From Perkinsus olseni (taxonomy: Eukaryota), in contig JABANN010000157.1 in assembly GCA_013115125.1 (NCBI GenBank), positions 1 to 59,225 on the forward strand: a DNA stretch of 59,225 nt. Direction: 5' to 3'. The position numbers were made by a program, and so were the translations under genes. The notes below the pieces were generated by a model, which was given only the letters and a program-made list of their open reading frames with translations, was not told the DNA's origin and did no database searches. Positions 11,401 through 21,985 of the stretch are shown piece by piece (position 1 is the first letter of the stretch; each line of letters opens with the position of its first letter).

Positions 11401-11591
11401 CGGTTCATCAATGTCTGGGCCCGCTGATGGTCGGAGCGGGCTGCCAATTTTTAACCCCAATCTCTTATCAAACTAATTTGATGGTCTACGCTGCTGCTGG
11501 CTATGACTTTTCTGACTTCGCCCGGCTTGGACTGGGTCTTACTATTGTCGTCGGAGTAGTAGCAGTACCACTGTGTGTACTTTTCCTTTAA
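8445..11591 (+). CDS. Intronless SPX-domain SLC13/DASS-family anion transporter with TrkA-C (RCK_C) domains
   Basis: N-terminal SPX (MVEFG..W..YYMNYSRLK; GLRKIAKKYDK), TM blocks with SNTA and FSTSSNL, TrkA-C-like segments (FEVVL..LSPLVGKRI...LKVGDGLIVE), and the C-terminal TPISYQTNLMVY..GYDFSDFARLG signature. Confidence 0.9.
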   Translation: MVEFGQYLLDHRKPEWRGYYMNYSRLKGVLKEMEKTNVKDNTRFIEELKLDIIRVATFYSVQETIIIDKVDGKEGGKETVRDMKELEEYARVNEEGLRKIAKKYDKLLRKAQHQDEGEQEATASLMDDILLEMKACDFHSAHSRLKEIRRVYGIEQPGDDDDDDDGDAKMDLNSGGRSRRVGRGGGDGQPAVGKFLSRHASVRGEHAESTDGVVWVIAQTAGEFVKRQWVSCAFYGITLLLGALMNYYEIGYPRLTYKSYISIVVTVLALSLLVRQYPPDAVMTAATLILCLTGVLDNTIAWQGFANEVVLSVAILLIVSAAVKRTGVVEYLFIQGGILGKPNSLSKAILRLFVPAIMLNIGVSNTAVMGVLLPVVKRWCEKDIHINQALLLMPLSYILLISGVFAVFSTSSNLITQGLLIQNGLQPLDMFAMAPIVLPAIIAAIIYIIIAVPIVFKEYAEASDKIETGPTAAGDLEAPLLPTTNTRLTKKFVVSAQVTALALDGVTLEDSGIEDIVEKRDDIVEVERMGSTLKPTPSLELQAYDIFHIYSSPEAVVRLYHDGKVSLMARDTGELLLGDHSSSTKSKPSAHGGVGLFEVVLDGLSPLVGKRIEPYKAMELYGARIVGIRPQSLQILQQKNKNQQGRRRSLLPFAKQTLVVPPQKDFNSVSSGAGGTSVSEAEPQAIDIKLNRRLTLLQRLGTKKMVTIEEPQHTEAALPPGGLKMPSKDGASSPQFTKKRMSLNQHALHRKKTVAFGGQLGVTSNGLVTPLGGIVSAGGGAAAVPMNERDSVTHLLEGEMKQKRWHLKVGDGLIVEANDGFEEQYGSSGHFAVVRRLITDDGASVMDPEVKKKRQNRMWLSGAIVLMMILLVATNTLPLLQASMSAVFALILTDCIPLTKALAAVNLRTVLTIVGAFGLGQAISITNVATVLAQGLVSLMHPLGSIGMLSAIFIATCLLGVVFHATAVVILLFPVCVSVANEMAMPVHQCLGPLMVGAGCQFLTPISYQTNLMVYAAAGYDFSDFARLGLGLTIVVGVVAVPLCVLFL

Positions 11592-11745
11592 CAATCCATG
11601 AACGATAATGATGGTGTTATCATATGATGGTGTCATTGCATTTCACGAGTTAACAAAAATGCGGTATCACGGAAAGGCATCTTCACGAAGAGCAGCAATG
11701 GTATTAATAGTAACCATTAGTAGTATTATTATTAGTAGTATTACA

Positions 11746-13189
11746 TCATGAAAGGTTCAGTAGTCTCGAGAATAGGTAACGACCCCGGAGCATCTCCCTT
11801 CCCTGCTTGCACGCGGCCGCGCCACGCTCATACCTGCCAGAAAGAAAGGCATCATCATCGGTGGTGCTGATTTTTCCTTCCGACTGTCGAGTTTTTTCAC
11901 GGAAAAAAGACAGAAAATTTAAAACTAATTTTCCGAATTACTTCTGCCGTTCATCATTGGTCATCTTGTCCCATTCTTTGGTGCATTGAGAAGCTACTTG
12001 ACGAGCAAACCCTGCGGCTTCGTTGACTGGTAGAGGGCTAGGGCTGTCCGAGAACTGCCGAAGTGCCTGACAACAAGAGCTCGAGAAGTGGGCAAGGAGT
12101 GGTATGACTATCACCTGGCAATAAATATAAAAATCAAGGCCGCTGTCATGGTCGTCGAGGAATGTGAAGACGCTGTCCAAAGCAGAGTCCGGCAGGCCAA
12201 CTCCGACCGAGGCAGACGAAGGCGATGATGATGACTCCCCTCGGTGTTTGCCATCCTCCTCCTGCTGTTCTTGACTGATGGCAGCCCTCAGAAGGTCGTG
12301 AATTTCCCTATACTTATCATCCGCCTTCCCTCCTACCGTGGACGGTACCATCGCTCCGCCACTTGCCGTCACAGCAGCAGCAGCAGCAGCGGACCCTCCC
12401 TCAACTCTTCCCATCCTATTGGATACCTCCGATGAGGATGATGACGCAGCGGTCGACTGCGTCTGGGTCTTCCGAGGCCTCCCTCGACGTCGTTTGGGAG
12501 CTGCTACATTACTACTCTCCTTCTCACCTTCCCGCTGTTGCGAATCTTCCGGAGGCCCCTGAGAAAAGATCTTCTCACCCAGTAGATACCGAAAACCAAC
12601 CTTTCCGTCATCAGCAGGCTTCGACCTTCGCTGTCTTTTCGGAGATCCAACCGCTTTCTCAACAACTTTCTTCCTCTTTCTCGTCGCTCTCTCCTCCTTG
12701 CCACTGCCATCCTCCAGAGGCAGCCTGCCGTCCCCACCCGCCCGCTGCAGCCGACGTTCGAGAAGCCTCTCGACGATCTGCCGCTCATCTGGTTCGAGCC
12801 GCGACAACGCCCTCTCGCACCTGACTTCAAAATCGCAGTCACTTCCTAGTCATTCCCTTCGAATTTCCTCACTACCACTACCAGCCACTAGTAAGTGCTT
12901 ATACCCATCAGGGGACGTGCGCCTCTCGAATAACCGGAAATTCAAGGCGCTCTCTTCGCAGCCTCCTACGCTCCCACGATCCTTAACCAACTTCAACCAG
13001 TCACCAATACTACAGCTTGTCATCTGTGCCGGTCTGCCTGAGTGTCGTCAAGCCGTTGAGCACCGCCCTCAGCTTCCCTGAGAGGCCCGCCTCCTCGTCA
13101 TCTTCGCACGGCTCTGTGGGCCCTCCCGTTGCCGCAGACGTTGACGATGGCAGCGGCAGCGGCGGCATCGTCCGAGCCGGCCTTGGCAT
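11746..13189 (-). CDS. Putative DNA-binding protein with AT-hook and degenerate C-terminal HMG-box
   Basis: Spliced MPRPARTM...DDKL|CERALSRLEP...; KRRRGRPRK AT-hook; FYIYCQ...QCTKEWDKMTNDERQK|YERGAAACK resembles HMG-box helices. Confidence 0.6.
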
Positions 13190-13270
13190 GAGTGAACTGA
13201 ATGACCACCGTAACCCACATTACTATGGAGAACCAAACTCTGCTGATGAGTAATTACCAATGGAGAAAGT

Positions 13271-16200
13271 TCATTCGACCTCCGCATCATCAACAGTACC
13301 ACTCCTTTCACAACTCCCCGCTCGCAGAAGGAGTTCCTCCATCCCATCCAATGGCACTGGCGACTCGGCAAAGTAAGGATCGCCGTACCTGAGCCCTCCT
13401 CTACCGACATGCCACAGCCCTCCTCGCCATACTTATCATAGTCCCTTTCCAAGGTCTCCTCCGTTCTTGAAGACTTAGCTAGGTAATACTCATCCGGCGG
13501 TGGTAGTAGAAGGTAACCCGACCTCACCGATGCCAACAACCACCTATTCAGTTCAAGATTATCAATTTACACATCGCGGTATGCGCGGGAAAATAATGAT
13601 TCTAACCACCCTCGCTGTGGGATTGTGTCCGAGGGCGAGCAAGGGTTGGCTGATTGAGACTCATCGCTTCTACCACGCCTTTGCACGACTGTTAAGTATT
13701 CAATACGTTATATTAGTATTACACATCTAGGTATGTATTTTATAGTACTTTGCATTTCTAGCGTTGTTATTTTCGCCCAATCTGCAAGGCCACTTCGAGT
13801 TCAACCTGCACCCCTCCACTAGAGGCACCCGTCTTTTCTCACGAGGACAGTTCAATACAGCGCTCCCCCCACCGATGACCCCTCCCAGCTGCCCATGACC
13901 ACACCTGTAATCAATAACATCAATATCTTCCACTTTGACGAAGTTCCGCACTCTCAAGTCCAAGGCAGCGGCCAACACCATCAAGTGGGGCTGGCTTCCT
14001 TCCCCTGTAGCCTCGCCCGTCTGTTGCAACAACAGTGACGACGCAGCCTGCCGTGCCTTTCTGTGGTTGAAGGTGAGATAATCTTTCAGAGTACCACCAT
14101 TCTCCACGACCAAAGCTTGGATTTCTTTTTTCGTGTGGCACCGCTGTTGCGTTGTTGTCGTTGTGTTAACATGATCACCATTCAATACCAAAACTTCCCA
14201 TCCTCGCAGTAATGATGGTAGCCGCTGATGCTGCATATCATCATCACGACCAGTCTCATGGAGGGATGAGGAAGCGTCCAGCTCCACCAACGGCACGGTC
14301 GTTGCGACCTCTGAAGGGAATCTTCCTACCAGCAACGCTACTACCATCACTACCTTTCTCCTTACGGCGTCTCTTCTTGTCCGGTCCCTCCCCTCCCTGC
14401 TCAGCATCATCACTACTGTAACCACCACCATCATCAGCATTAGATGGTGACGAACTCTCCCTCATCTTGGTCTGTTGTCGGCGATAAAACTAAGATAAAC
14501 AGTCGGCTAAAAGATGCACGATCGCTACTACCTCCTGTATGTCATCTAGGGTATCAGCTTCGGCCATTCTTTTGTCCTTTCTCACTGCTTCAACACATCT
14601 GGGAAACCGTAGGGTAAGCCTGCGAGAGTCATAGCCATCGTTCACCGTCGCCAATGGAACGAAGTTTGCTCCGCTAGGACACACCGCACAGAAGCTAAGC
14701 CTGTTGCGGGAGTTAACGTTTCGGAGAGAAAGAAAACCAGATTTAATATGCCCGACTCTGTAGTTGCCAATACAGAAATCTCATTTTCCTGGCGAAGATC
14801 ATACGCCTCGGGTTCAAATTGGAGACATAGGTTCACACGCGTAGCAGAGGGTCACCGTTCGAGAAATTAATACATTCGGAAAAGGGGGACAGTTGAAAAA
14901 TAGCGAAGATATTACTAGTTGATAGTAATGCTAGGCTACCGCGCTGGTCCGGTCAAAAGTAGGATCGCAGCAACTAGGGAAGCCTTCATCACCATTAGTA
15001 CTACCCTGCAGGCCACTTCGACGTGGTTTGAAGTTCACTACAGCGGACTACCATGACGGTAGGGCCTCCTCTCAGGGTGGATGGATCGCGAAGGATGAGG
15101 TCGGGCCGGATACCACTGAATCATACCATAACTCGCACGAATCGCCGCGACAGCTACCACCTCCTCAACTTCCCTGCATCGACCAGCCACTTCGAAGCTG
15201 CTTGCCCTACAGCCGGCGACCTGCCATCAATACTCCCAATGAAAGAGGCTCCCATGCTCCTCACCAGGCCACCATAGTCCCTCTTAGACGGTCTCTAAGG
15301 TCACTCAAAGCAGACCGCTGTGCCACTGCTACCTTTCCTACTGGAACTAGCATACCATCACCAGTCGGGGCCGCCACCAGGAATGACGATACTGTTGCGA
15401 CCAAATCCGTCACCTCTGCTGTTGGGTCCCGTCTAAGTGGTAAGGACTCCCAATGAGGAGGATCTGCATCACCACTACCTCCCTAAGCCAGTGGCGAAGA
15501 AAGCTCCTACGATGACCAAGTCAATGTCCATAGCCAGGTTGTGAGAATACTCGGGTTTCAGCTTGAACCAGCCATAACCCTTCTTACCGATTGAATATCT
15601 AACAAGACGGAAGTGATGGGAGACAAGTTGGTGATGGTGTGGTATGATCGATGAAAATATATAAAATGACCTTTTCCCGTCCCTTCCGTTTCACTTCATT
15701 CCAGTCGAAATTCAAGCCTAGCGCAGCCGGAACTCGGAAGTACTTCTATCAACCCGCAGCCGCCCCCCCCCTAATTATTACATCGAGCCAGGGTCCTTGA
15801 AAACCCGACCCTCCTCTCCCTCTGCGACTGCCATATTCAGCTCGTCCATGATAGCTTCCGATGTTGCTGGTATCACTCTATGTTCCACCACTTCTATATA
15901 CGTATTCAGTGGTACCACAACCTGCCCAAATCGTCCTCTATCATCATAACCATCCCACTCCTACCTTAGACAGGACGTCCCTGCGGATCGCTAAGGGCGT
16001 GTTAGTATAATTCTGAGCTTCATTTTTGAGATCACCATAAAGTAAGATATCAAAGATAATGAAACAAAGATGCCTGTGGTGACACGCTGTTGTTGATGAT
16101 GCTGTGGATCGGTTGTGGGTGTGCTTCATGAAGGTGGCATTATCCTCGTCATACGTCAACACTTCCCCGTCCAGTATCCCTTGCTGTCCTCTGAATGCTG

Positions 16201-17702
16201 ATAACAACAGATGCCCCAACTCCCGCTCATAGTCCTTCATAACCAAACCATTACGACTGTATCTAGGGAACAAAACATCCCATTCGACCAAAACTCGAGA
16301 AAAAATCCTCTCAAAAAACTACCACAAAATTCCGCAATCCTCTATTAACAATCCCATAGCGGACACCCTTCCCCAGTGTAAGTCTCACCAAGGACCCTCA
16401 TCCGCACATCAGTACTACGATGCTACTCCATTTCCCGATCCATGTTTTGCAACTTACTCCCATTCGACCGATATTTTTCCATTTCCGCTTCAAAAAACTC
16501 CACAAAAATTCGGCTCATCGACAGATGTAAACTTACAGGGTCACTCGTGGCGAGGTGTCCGCTCCAGGAGGGCTCTTGTCTATGTGGGCCATCAACCGTT
16601 CACCGTCGAATTTAACCTCGCTGTAGAGGGAAGCGTTCTCTCTATCATTAGTCGTATTATGATGGGCCCTAGCCATCCTCCTCTTCATATTCTTCCAGTA
16701 GTTCTCCATCACACGACTTGACCATACTACTGCCCTTTGTGGCTTTACACGCATGAACATAATACTGTTCAGCACAGAAGAAGTGTAGGACCTGACGACC
16801 AATCCTTAGCACTAGTGAGTTCACTTCACCTCATTACGGTCGGCCCTCGTCCACGCCATCTCCTTGGCCGTTGTCCTTATTAATACAATCCATAACATAC
16901 TTCAACGACATACTATTATCATACCTAACCCAAGCATCGTTGCCATTCACCCACCGCTGTTAGCCGTTACCATTCGATGGCTCTAGGGTGTAGCCTACTA
17001 AGGATAGCCTTCTCTCCAACCTAAGCCCAGTCCATACCACTCCATCCTCAACAACCCTTCAATTATTACACCAAGCTTCATGGACCCCTTTATTATTATC
17101 TTAGCAATCCACTTATGCTCCAAAGCCCCACACCTAGTGGCGATCTCAATCAAGACCTTCTTCTGCCCTTGTAAATTCTGTGCACTGTGCAGCTTGTCCA
17201 GGACATCATTAACTTGACCAATAGTCATAACTGCTTTCTCTGATGATGGCAGCACTCGAAACTCCAATACCGAATAGAGAACGCTGGGAAAGTCCCCAGC
17301 GGTGCATCGCTGCATCAGCTGCTTCGTAATATCTTTAAAGTTAATGAGCCTATCAACCTCCGCCGAAGGAAGAGTATGGACTTCTGATATCCTGAGCAAG
17401 CCTATCAAGCGGAATTAACACTCCTGTGCGATTACATTTTAGCCATGGCCTTTTCTTTAATACCATAACTTTGTCTATCAGTGTCACATTGTGGTATGAT
17501 GAGGCGTAGTAAAGGATACAAATCAGAAGTGGGCGCGAAGGTCTGCGTTATATACCTACTCCATCACATCGCGTCCCCCAGCCCTTACCCCCTACTACCT
17601 TTCAAGGACACCCAGCTTAGCCTTCTGAGTCTTCTTAGTCAAGACTTCTTCCAGGACATGACACAGCCGAATGAATTTCTCCTCCGTACAGGTGTCAAGC
17701 AT
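13271..17702 (-). CDS. LIG4: DNA ligase IV (NHEJ), multi-exon
   Basis: FIRLCHVLEE, LLRLIIPQCDTDRQSYGIKE, EHKWIAKIIIK, catalytic EVKFDGER, LDGE, FDIL, WFKLKPEY, TLRFPRC..VRKDK, one BRCT (LLRGWEVLVL...NGG), then DKYGDPYF (XRCC4-interaction-like). Confidence 0.92.
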
Positions 17703-18616
17703 CCTCGAGGTTGTCCATGCTCACTACAAAAAGATTCTGCAAAAGCGATGCCTGTCCAATCCGACCGAGAGCTATACGCTGATATACCGCTCTTCCACGT
17801 CTTCACCGCCCCCTCCTCAGGAGTTCTAATAAACACTATTATTACCTGCCTAATTTCCATACGGCTGGCGAGGGTTGGAAGGTTTCAGTCGACTCATTTT
17901 CTAGTAAATTTATTACCACTCAGTTCATTTGATTTTAACCGCAGAAATCCCCTCCCCCCACAAGTAAAAACTGCAACTCTGATGATGATGATGCCTCGTT
18001 TGAAATGGTCCTTAATGGCGAGCAATTCATCATTTAGTGATGATGATGGTTCGTGATAGTGGAATTCGATTCGCTACTGTACGACCCAAAACTGTAGAAA
18101 GACAACAACAGAGAAGAACAACAGCAACAACAACGCCCACTGTGTCTGTTCCTTCTTAAGTCAGAACTCAGTCCCCCCCCTCTCCCATCCACGTCATTCA
18201 TCGGGATTCCTTCGAGAACCAAACTCGTAGAACCTCACGGAGATTGAGCCCCGATGGTAAATACACTACTCCTTGCCACCTGAGTGTGGCAAACTGCCTC
18301 GGCGCGCAACCCACTCAAGGACCACCGACCGGCGGCCGAGGGCATATTCGCGTCAACTACCCCTTCTCTGGTTGTTCTGGCCTCATCCCCGGCGTTCTGG
18401 CCACAGTCATCATCGTCTGGCCGTAGAGGCGTTTGACTGCCAGTGCTGTTTGAGTCAGCTGGTTAATCTTTACTGTAATTCATTATTAGGAAAAGCTACC
18501 CTCCAGGCCTGTCGAACAGAAACTAAGATGAAGGGGAAATCCATTGCAATGCTCTGTTAACTCATCATCAGTCTAGTGGTAGGAATTCAACCGTAAAACA
18601 CAACGGTGCCATCGTC

Positions 18617-18727
18617 GTGACCCGGGTTCGTTTGATGGGAAACTAAGATTCAAAAAGGTAAACAAAGATTCAAAATGGTAAACTAAGATTCAAAATACGG
18701 AATAGACTAAATACCATCCCGCGTCAC
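18617..18727. mobile_element. MITE-like element: imperfect 10-bp terminal inverted repeats enclosing about 3 copies of a 20-bp tandem repeat
   Basis: GTGACCCGGG (18617-18626) versus CCCGCGTCAC (18718-18727, reverse complement GTGACGCGGG); AAC(T/A)AAGATTCAAAA(A/T)GGTA units at 18641, 18661 and 18681 (third partial). Confidence 0.4.
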
Positions 18728-20027
18728 AATCGCGCATGCGTGCACGCGACGCTCCTCCACCCCCGCTGAGTCCTACACTACACGAAAACGGGGGGCTAGA
18801 TGCTTAGCCAATGCCCTTAGCGCTGGGATGCTGCTCTCAAAATTTAGATCAACTACCCAGAACTGCTCCGACGATCTCGGAAGATATGTCGATAAAGACA
18901 TCCGTCCTAAGCTCCCACTCACAACACTTCGCTACGACGATAAAAATGAGTAAGTTGAACATTTTATCCGATTTTTGCCGAGATCGTCGAATGGTTACCT
19001 AGTTGTTCGCGCTCTGGTTTAAGCACTTTCTTTATTTCAGGTGTCCTTATCGAAGGTCTCCACGACCCCTTTGCGGACAATGCTGTGGGGCTCGTGGACC
19101 GGGGCGGGGGAAGGGAGGCCGCGCAAGTATTGGTGAGTCGCAGACATGTGTGGGCAAACCATAAATTCTCCCAACGTCGCAAAAATGAAAATCCATCATT
19201 CGTACACGATGTCGTACTTCGAACGCCAATTTCAACTTCCTAGCTGCGAACTTGAAAGTTCCCCGGAATGATTCGTGTAGAAGCAGCGTACCGCACGCTG
19301 CGCATGAAAGCGGAAGTTCTTGCACAGAATCTAACCGAGTGTTCAATAGACTGCCAGGCAGTCTCCTGATCTTCGAGAGCGCGTCCAGGATCGCTCAGTT
19401 CAGTTCTTTGAAGCGCTCCTGAAATGCGGGAGAGGCCTATTGATAACCCCCTAACTGTTCTGCGCACGGACCAAAGATGTCCATTTCTGGACCCATAAGT
19501 TAGGGCATGCACGAAGCTTAGGTATGATCATGATACTGACTTAACCGATCCCTTAGAGTTTTCACCCAAGTTTCTTCGATATCCTTCAGCCACAAGGACA
19601 TCGAAGGGAATTGGGTGATAACCTCAAGACTTGAGGAAATGCACTCAAAATTCCTAACTATGCTCTGAAGCAATCGTGTAACGGGATTTAAGGGGTCAGG
19701 TCCCACCCACGAGGTGAACTATCTAGCGCGTAAGGTCACGGCTCGTTTACCGAGCTGAGCCCTTTTACGCGTCGTAGGCAACGACGTAGAAGGACTCGGT
19801 TTTTACCCACCCACTACCATGATGGTAGTACCATCCCTGGATACGGCGATGTGAAGGCAACAGATGCAGCGTTCAACGCGGTGATTATATCGTATCACCA
19901 ACTCATTCGGTTTTCGAACTGGACCAACACAACAATCCATGATAACAACACAGCAAATGTTATTAATAGACATCAATGGACCATTCAAACAACCAGTGAG
20001 GTCGACCGTGTACCGAGATGAGTAACA

Positions 20028-21032
20028 TCAATTGTCGAGTGAGAGGCTCTCGATAGGGTTACTGTCGGTAAGCGGTATCACAACCTTCTTCCCGGCACCA
20101 TCATCAGTATCCTCCCCGAGGTGTAACGTCCAGCGGCTGCCTTCAATGCAGAGACGAATATTATCCAGTCGGAGTGGATATATGTTCATTACCCCTTCAG
20201 CCGTTGCTAGATCGGGGGTTGCATCCCTGGTAAGCCCCCTCTTATCGACGCCATAACACCATGGCCGCTCACCAAAGTGTCCTCCAAAACGCGTTGATGA
20301 GAGGTTGTCGACGAGTCGATGTATACGAACCCAGGGGAAACGAGTGAAAGCAAAGTTGCTTGCACTATTGATGTTCATTGCCATCACGCCAGTGTTGGCC
20401 CGCTCGTGATCCCAGCGACCATGCACAACAACTGTCCCGTCCTCTGTCCTACCCAACTTAGTGAACTTCAGTTGGGCTCCATTCTCGAAGCCCACTTTCT
20501 CAGCCTTTGGCTTAACTGTCGCGGCCGGTGCTAGCGTCCGCTTCTCACTGTCGATGTTCTTAGTGAGCAAGATCGCACAGCCGAGGTGAATGAATTGATT
20601 CCCGCCGGGTTCGCGTCGGGCGTCGTTGAAGAGCACAAGCTGGGTTCTACAGAGACAGATAGGCACATGTGTTGGCTTAGGACCGGTCATCTGTAGAAGA
20701 GCTTCGCGCGGATAATAGTGATGTGCGTCAATATAGAAGCATATCCCCAGACCCACATACCTCGAGAAATCGCCGTCACTGAACGCTTTAACACGACCAA
20801 AGGCTATCACGACGTCCACGTCTCTCTTATTAGTGTAGCCTAGAGTGACGGTCCCCGGGGGCTCTCCGACCACTAAAGTGACTCTCGCCATGTCTGGCCA
20901 GCAGACCTCCGTCACGGCGTAAGCATAACCAGCATACACACCAGGAGAGAGGTCGATAACAGTACCGGGAGTAGCTGCCACCACGACACCAATCAACTCA
21001 GCTAAGCACAGGAGAAGTAATGTTAACAGCAT
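20028..21032 (-). CDS. Intronless hypothetical secreted protein (334 aa)
   Basis: Hydrophobic signal peptide MLLTLLLLCLAELIGVVVA and a 1-kb open frame with beta-strand-like character. No family recognised. Confidence 0.7.
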   Translation of the reverse strand: MLLTLLLLCLAELIGVVVAATPGTVIDLSPGVYAGYAYAVTEVCWPDMARVTLVVGEPPGTVTLGYTNKRDVDVVIAFGRVKAFSDGDFSRYVGLGICFYIDAHHYYPREALLQMTGPKPTHVPICLCRTQLVLFNDARREPGGNQFIHLGCAILLTKNIDSEKRTLAPAATVKPKAEKVGFENGAQLKFTKLGRTEDGTVVVHGRWDHERANTGVMAMNINSASNFAFTRFPWVRIHRLVDNLSSTRFGGHFGERPWCYGVDKRGLTRDATPDLATAEGVMNIYPLRLDNIRLCIEGSRWTLHLGEDTDDGAGKKVVIPLTDSNPIESLSLDN

Positions 21033-21985
21033 GTGGGAGTCGAAATGTCACTGAGTGAACGTTGTACGCGCTACCCCTCAAGTCACGAAACAAGGCCGCT
21101 ACGAAGTGTAAAGATACCCCAAAGGCGTGTCGGTTCAGGAGAGGCCCCGATAATGAGAGTTGCAGGTCAACCTCGGAAAAATGAATATTGATGCGCTTAG
21201 CGGAAGAGGACAACTATTATCCTCTTGCCCTCTTCAAGTTACCCCGTCTCCATTATTTCGTGGATCGGAAACGCTCAGAGAATGGCCCGTCTTCGAGCGA
21301 CTCTCCTCCGTCTCCGCTGGAAACCGAACGGGCCAGCCGAGTTGTAATTGCGAAAATGCGCGCCGCGAGAATGGTGATAAGAGCATTGTCCTCATGTGGA
21401 GGTGCAGAAGGCGAGAATGTCTCCCTTCCTAGACTAAGCAAAGAGAAAATTTCCGCCCCTACGACCTCTAAGGGTGTGACGTGGCCGGAGGGTCCGGGCG
21501 CTGCACTGACGAGGTCACCAGTCACTGTAGATAGCACTGTCGCAGCACTGTGTGATGTGGCTTGTTTGGCCTGGGATTTTTCGAGACACTGTCAGGCATT
21601 AGACCGAATTGTCACTTGAGCACAAGCGCTTTGAGAGTCTGAAGTTGATTCGCGAAGGAGTAGGAATCCTGCCGACCAAGCTCCCGCACAGCCACCCTGC
21701 GGAATTCGCTCAGATTTTCTCCTCTTATCACGAGGTGCACCTCAGGCATCCGAGTAGGAACGTTGGCGGGGAAGAAGTTCCACAGTTTTGGGTGGGAGGC
21801 CCATACAAGAGTCGTCCTCGCTCCAGTCAGCGGCCGCGTTAGAGAATGAAGTCAGCATGGCTGAATAAAACCATGAAGTCTCGTTAAGGTTTCACTCACC
21901 TCGTTAGGAGTCCTTACGAGAGGACATCATTTCTAGTTAGAACGAGAAAGCTGAACGCCTGCCGCTTTCGAGTTCTTGTTGATCC

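Noticed and set aside
13017-13300. Definite LIG4-HMG fusion protein
   Set aside because: I found no GT donor in the correct phase to join the LIG4 last exon to the MPRPARTM frame, so I kept two genes and flagged the question as a finding.
18641-18696. CRISPR-like repeat array
   Set aside because: The repeats are directly adjacent with no unique spacers, the context is eukaryotic, and there are no cas genes.
21188-21842. Possible two-exon plus-strand gene
   Set aside because: Splice phases did not join cleanly and no motif was recognised.
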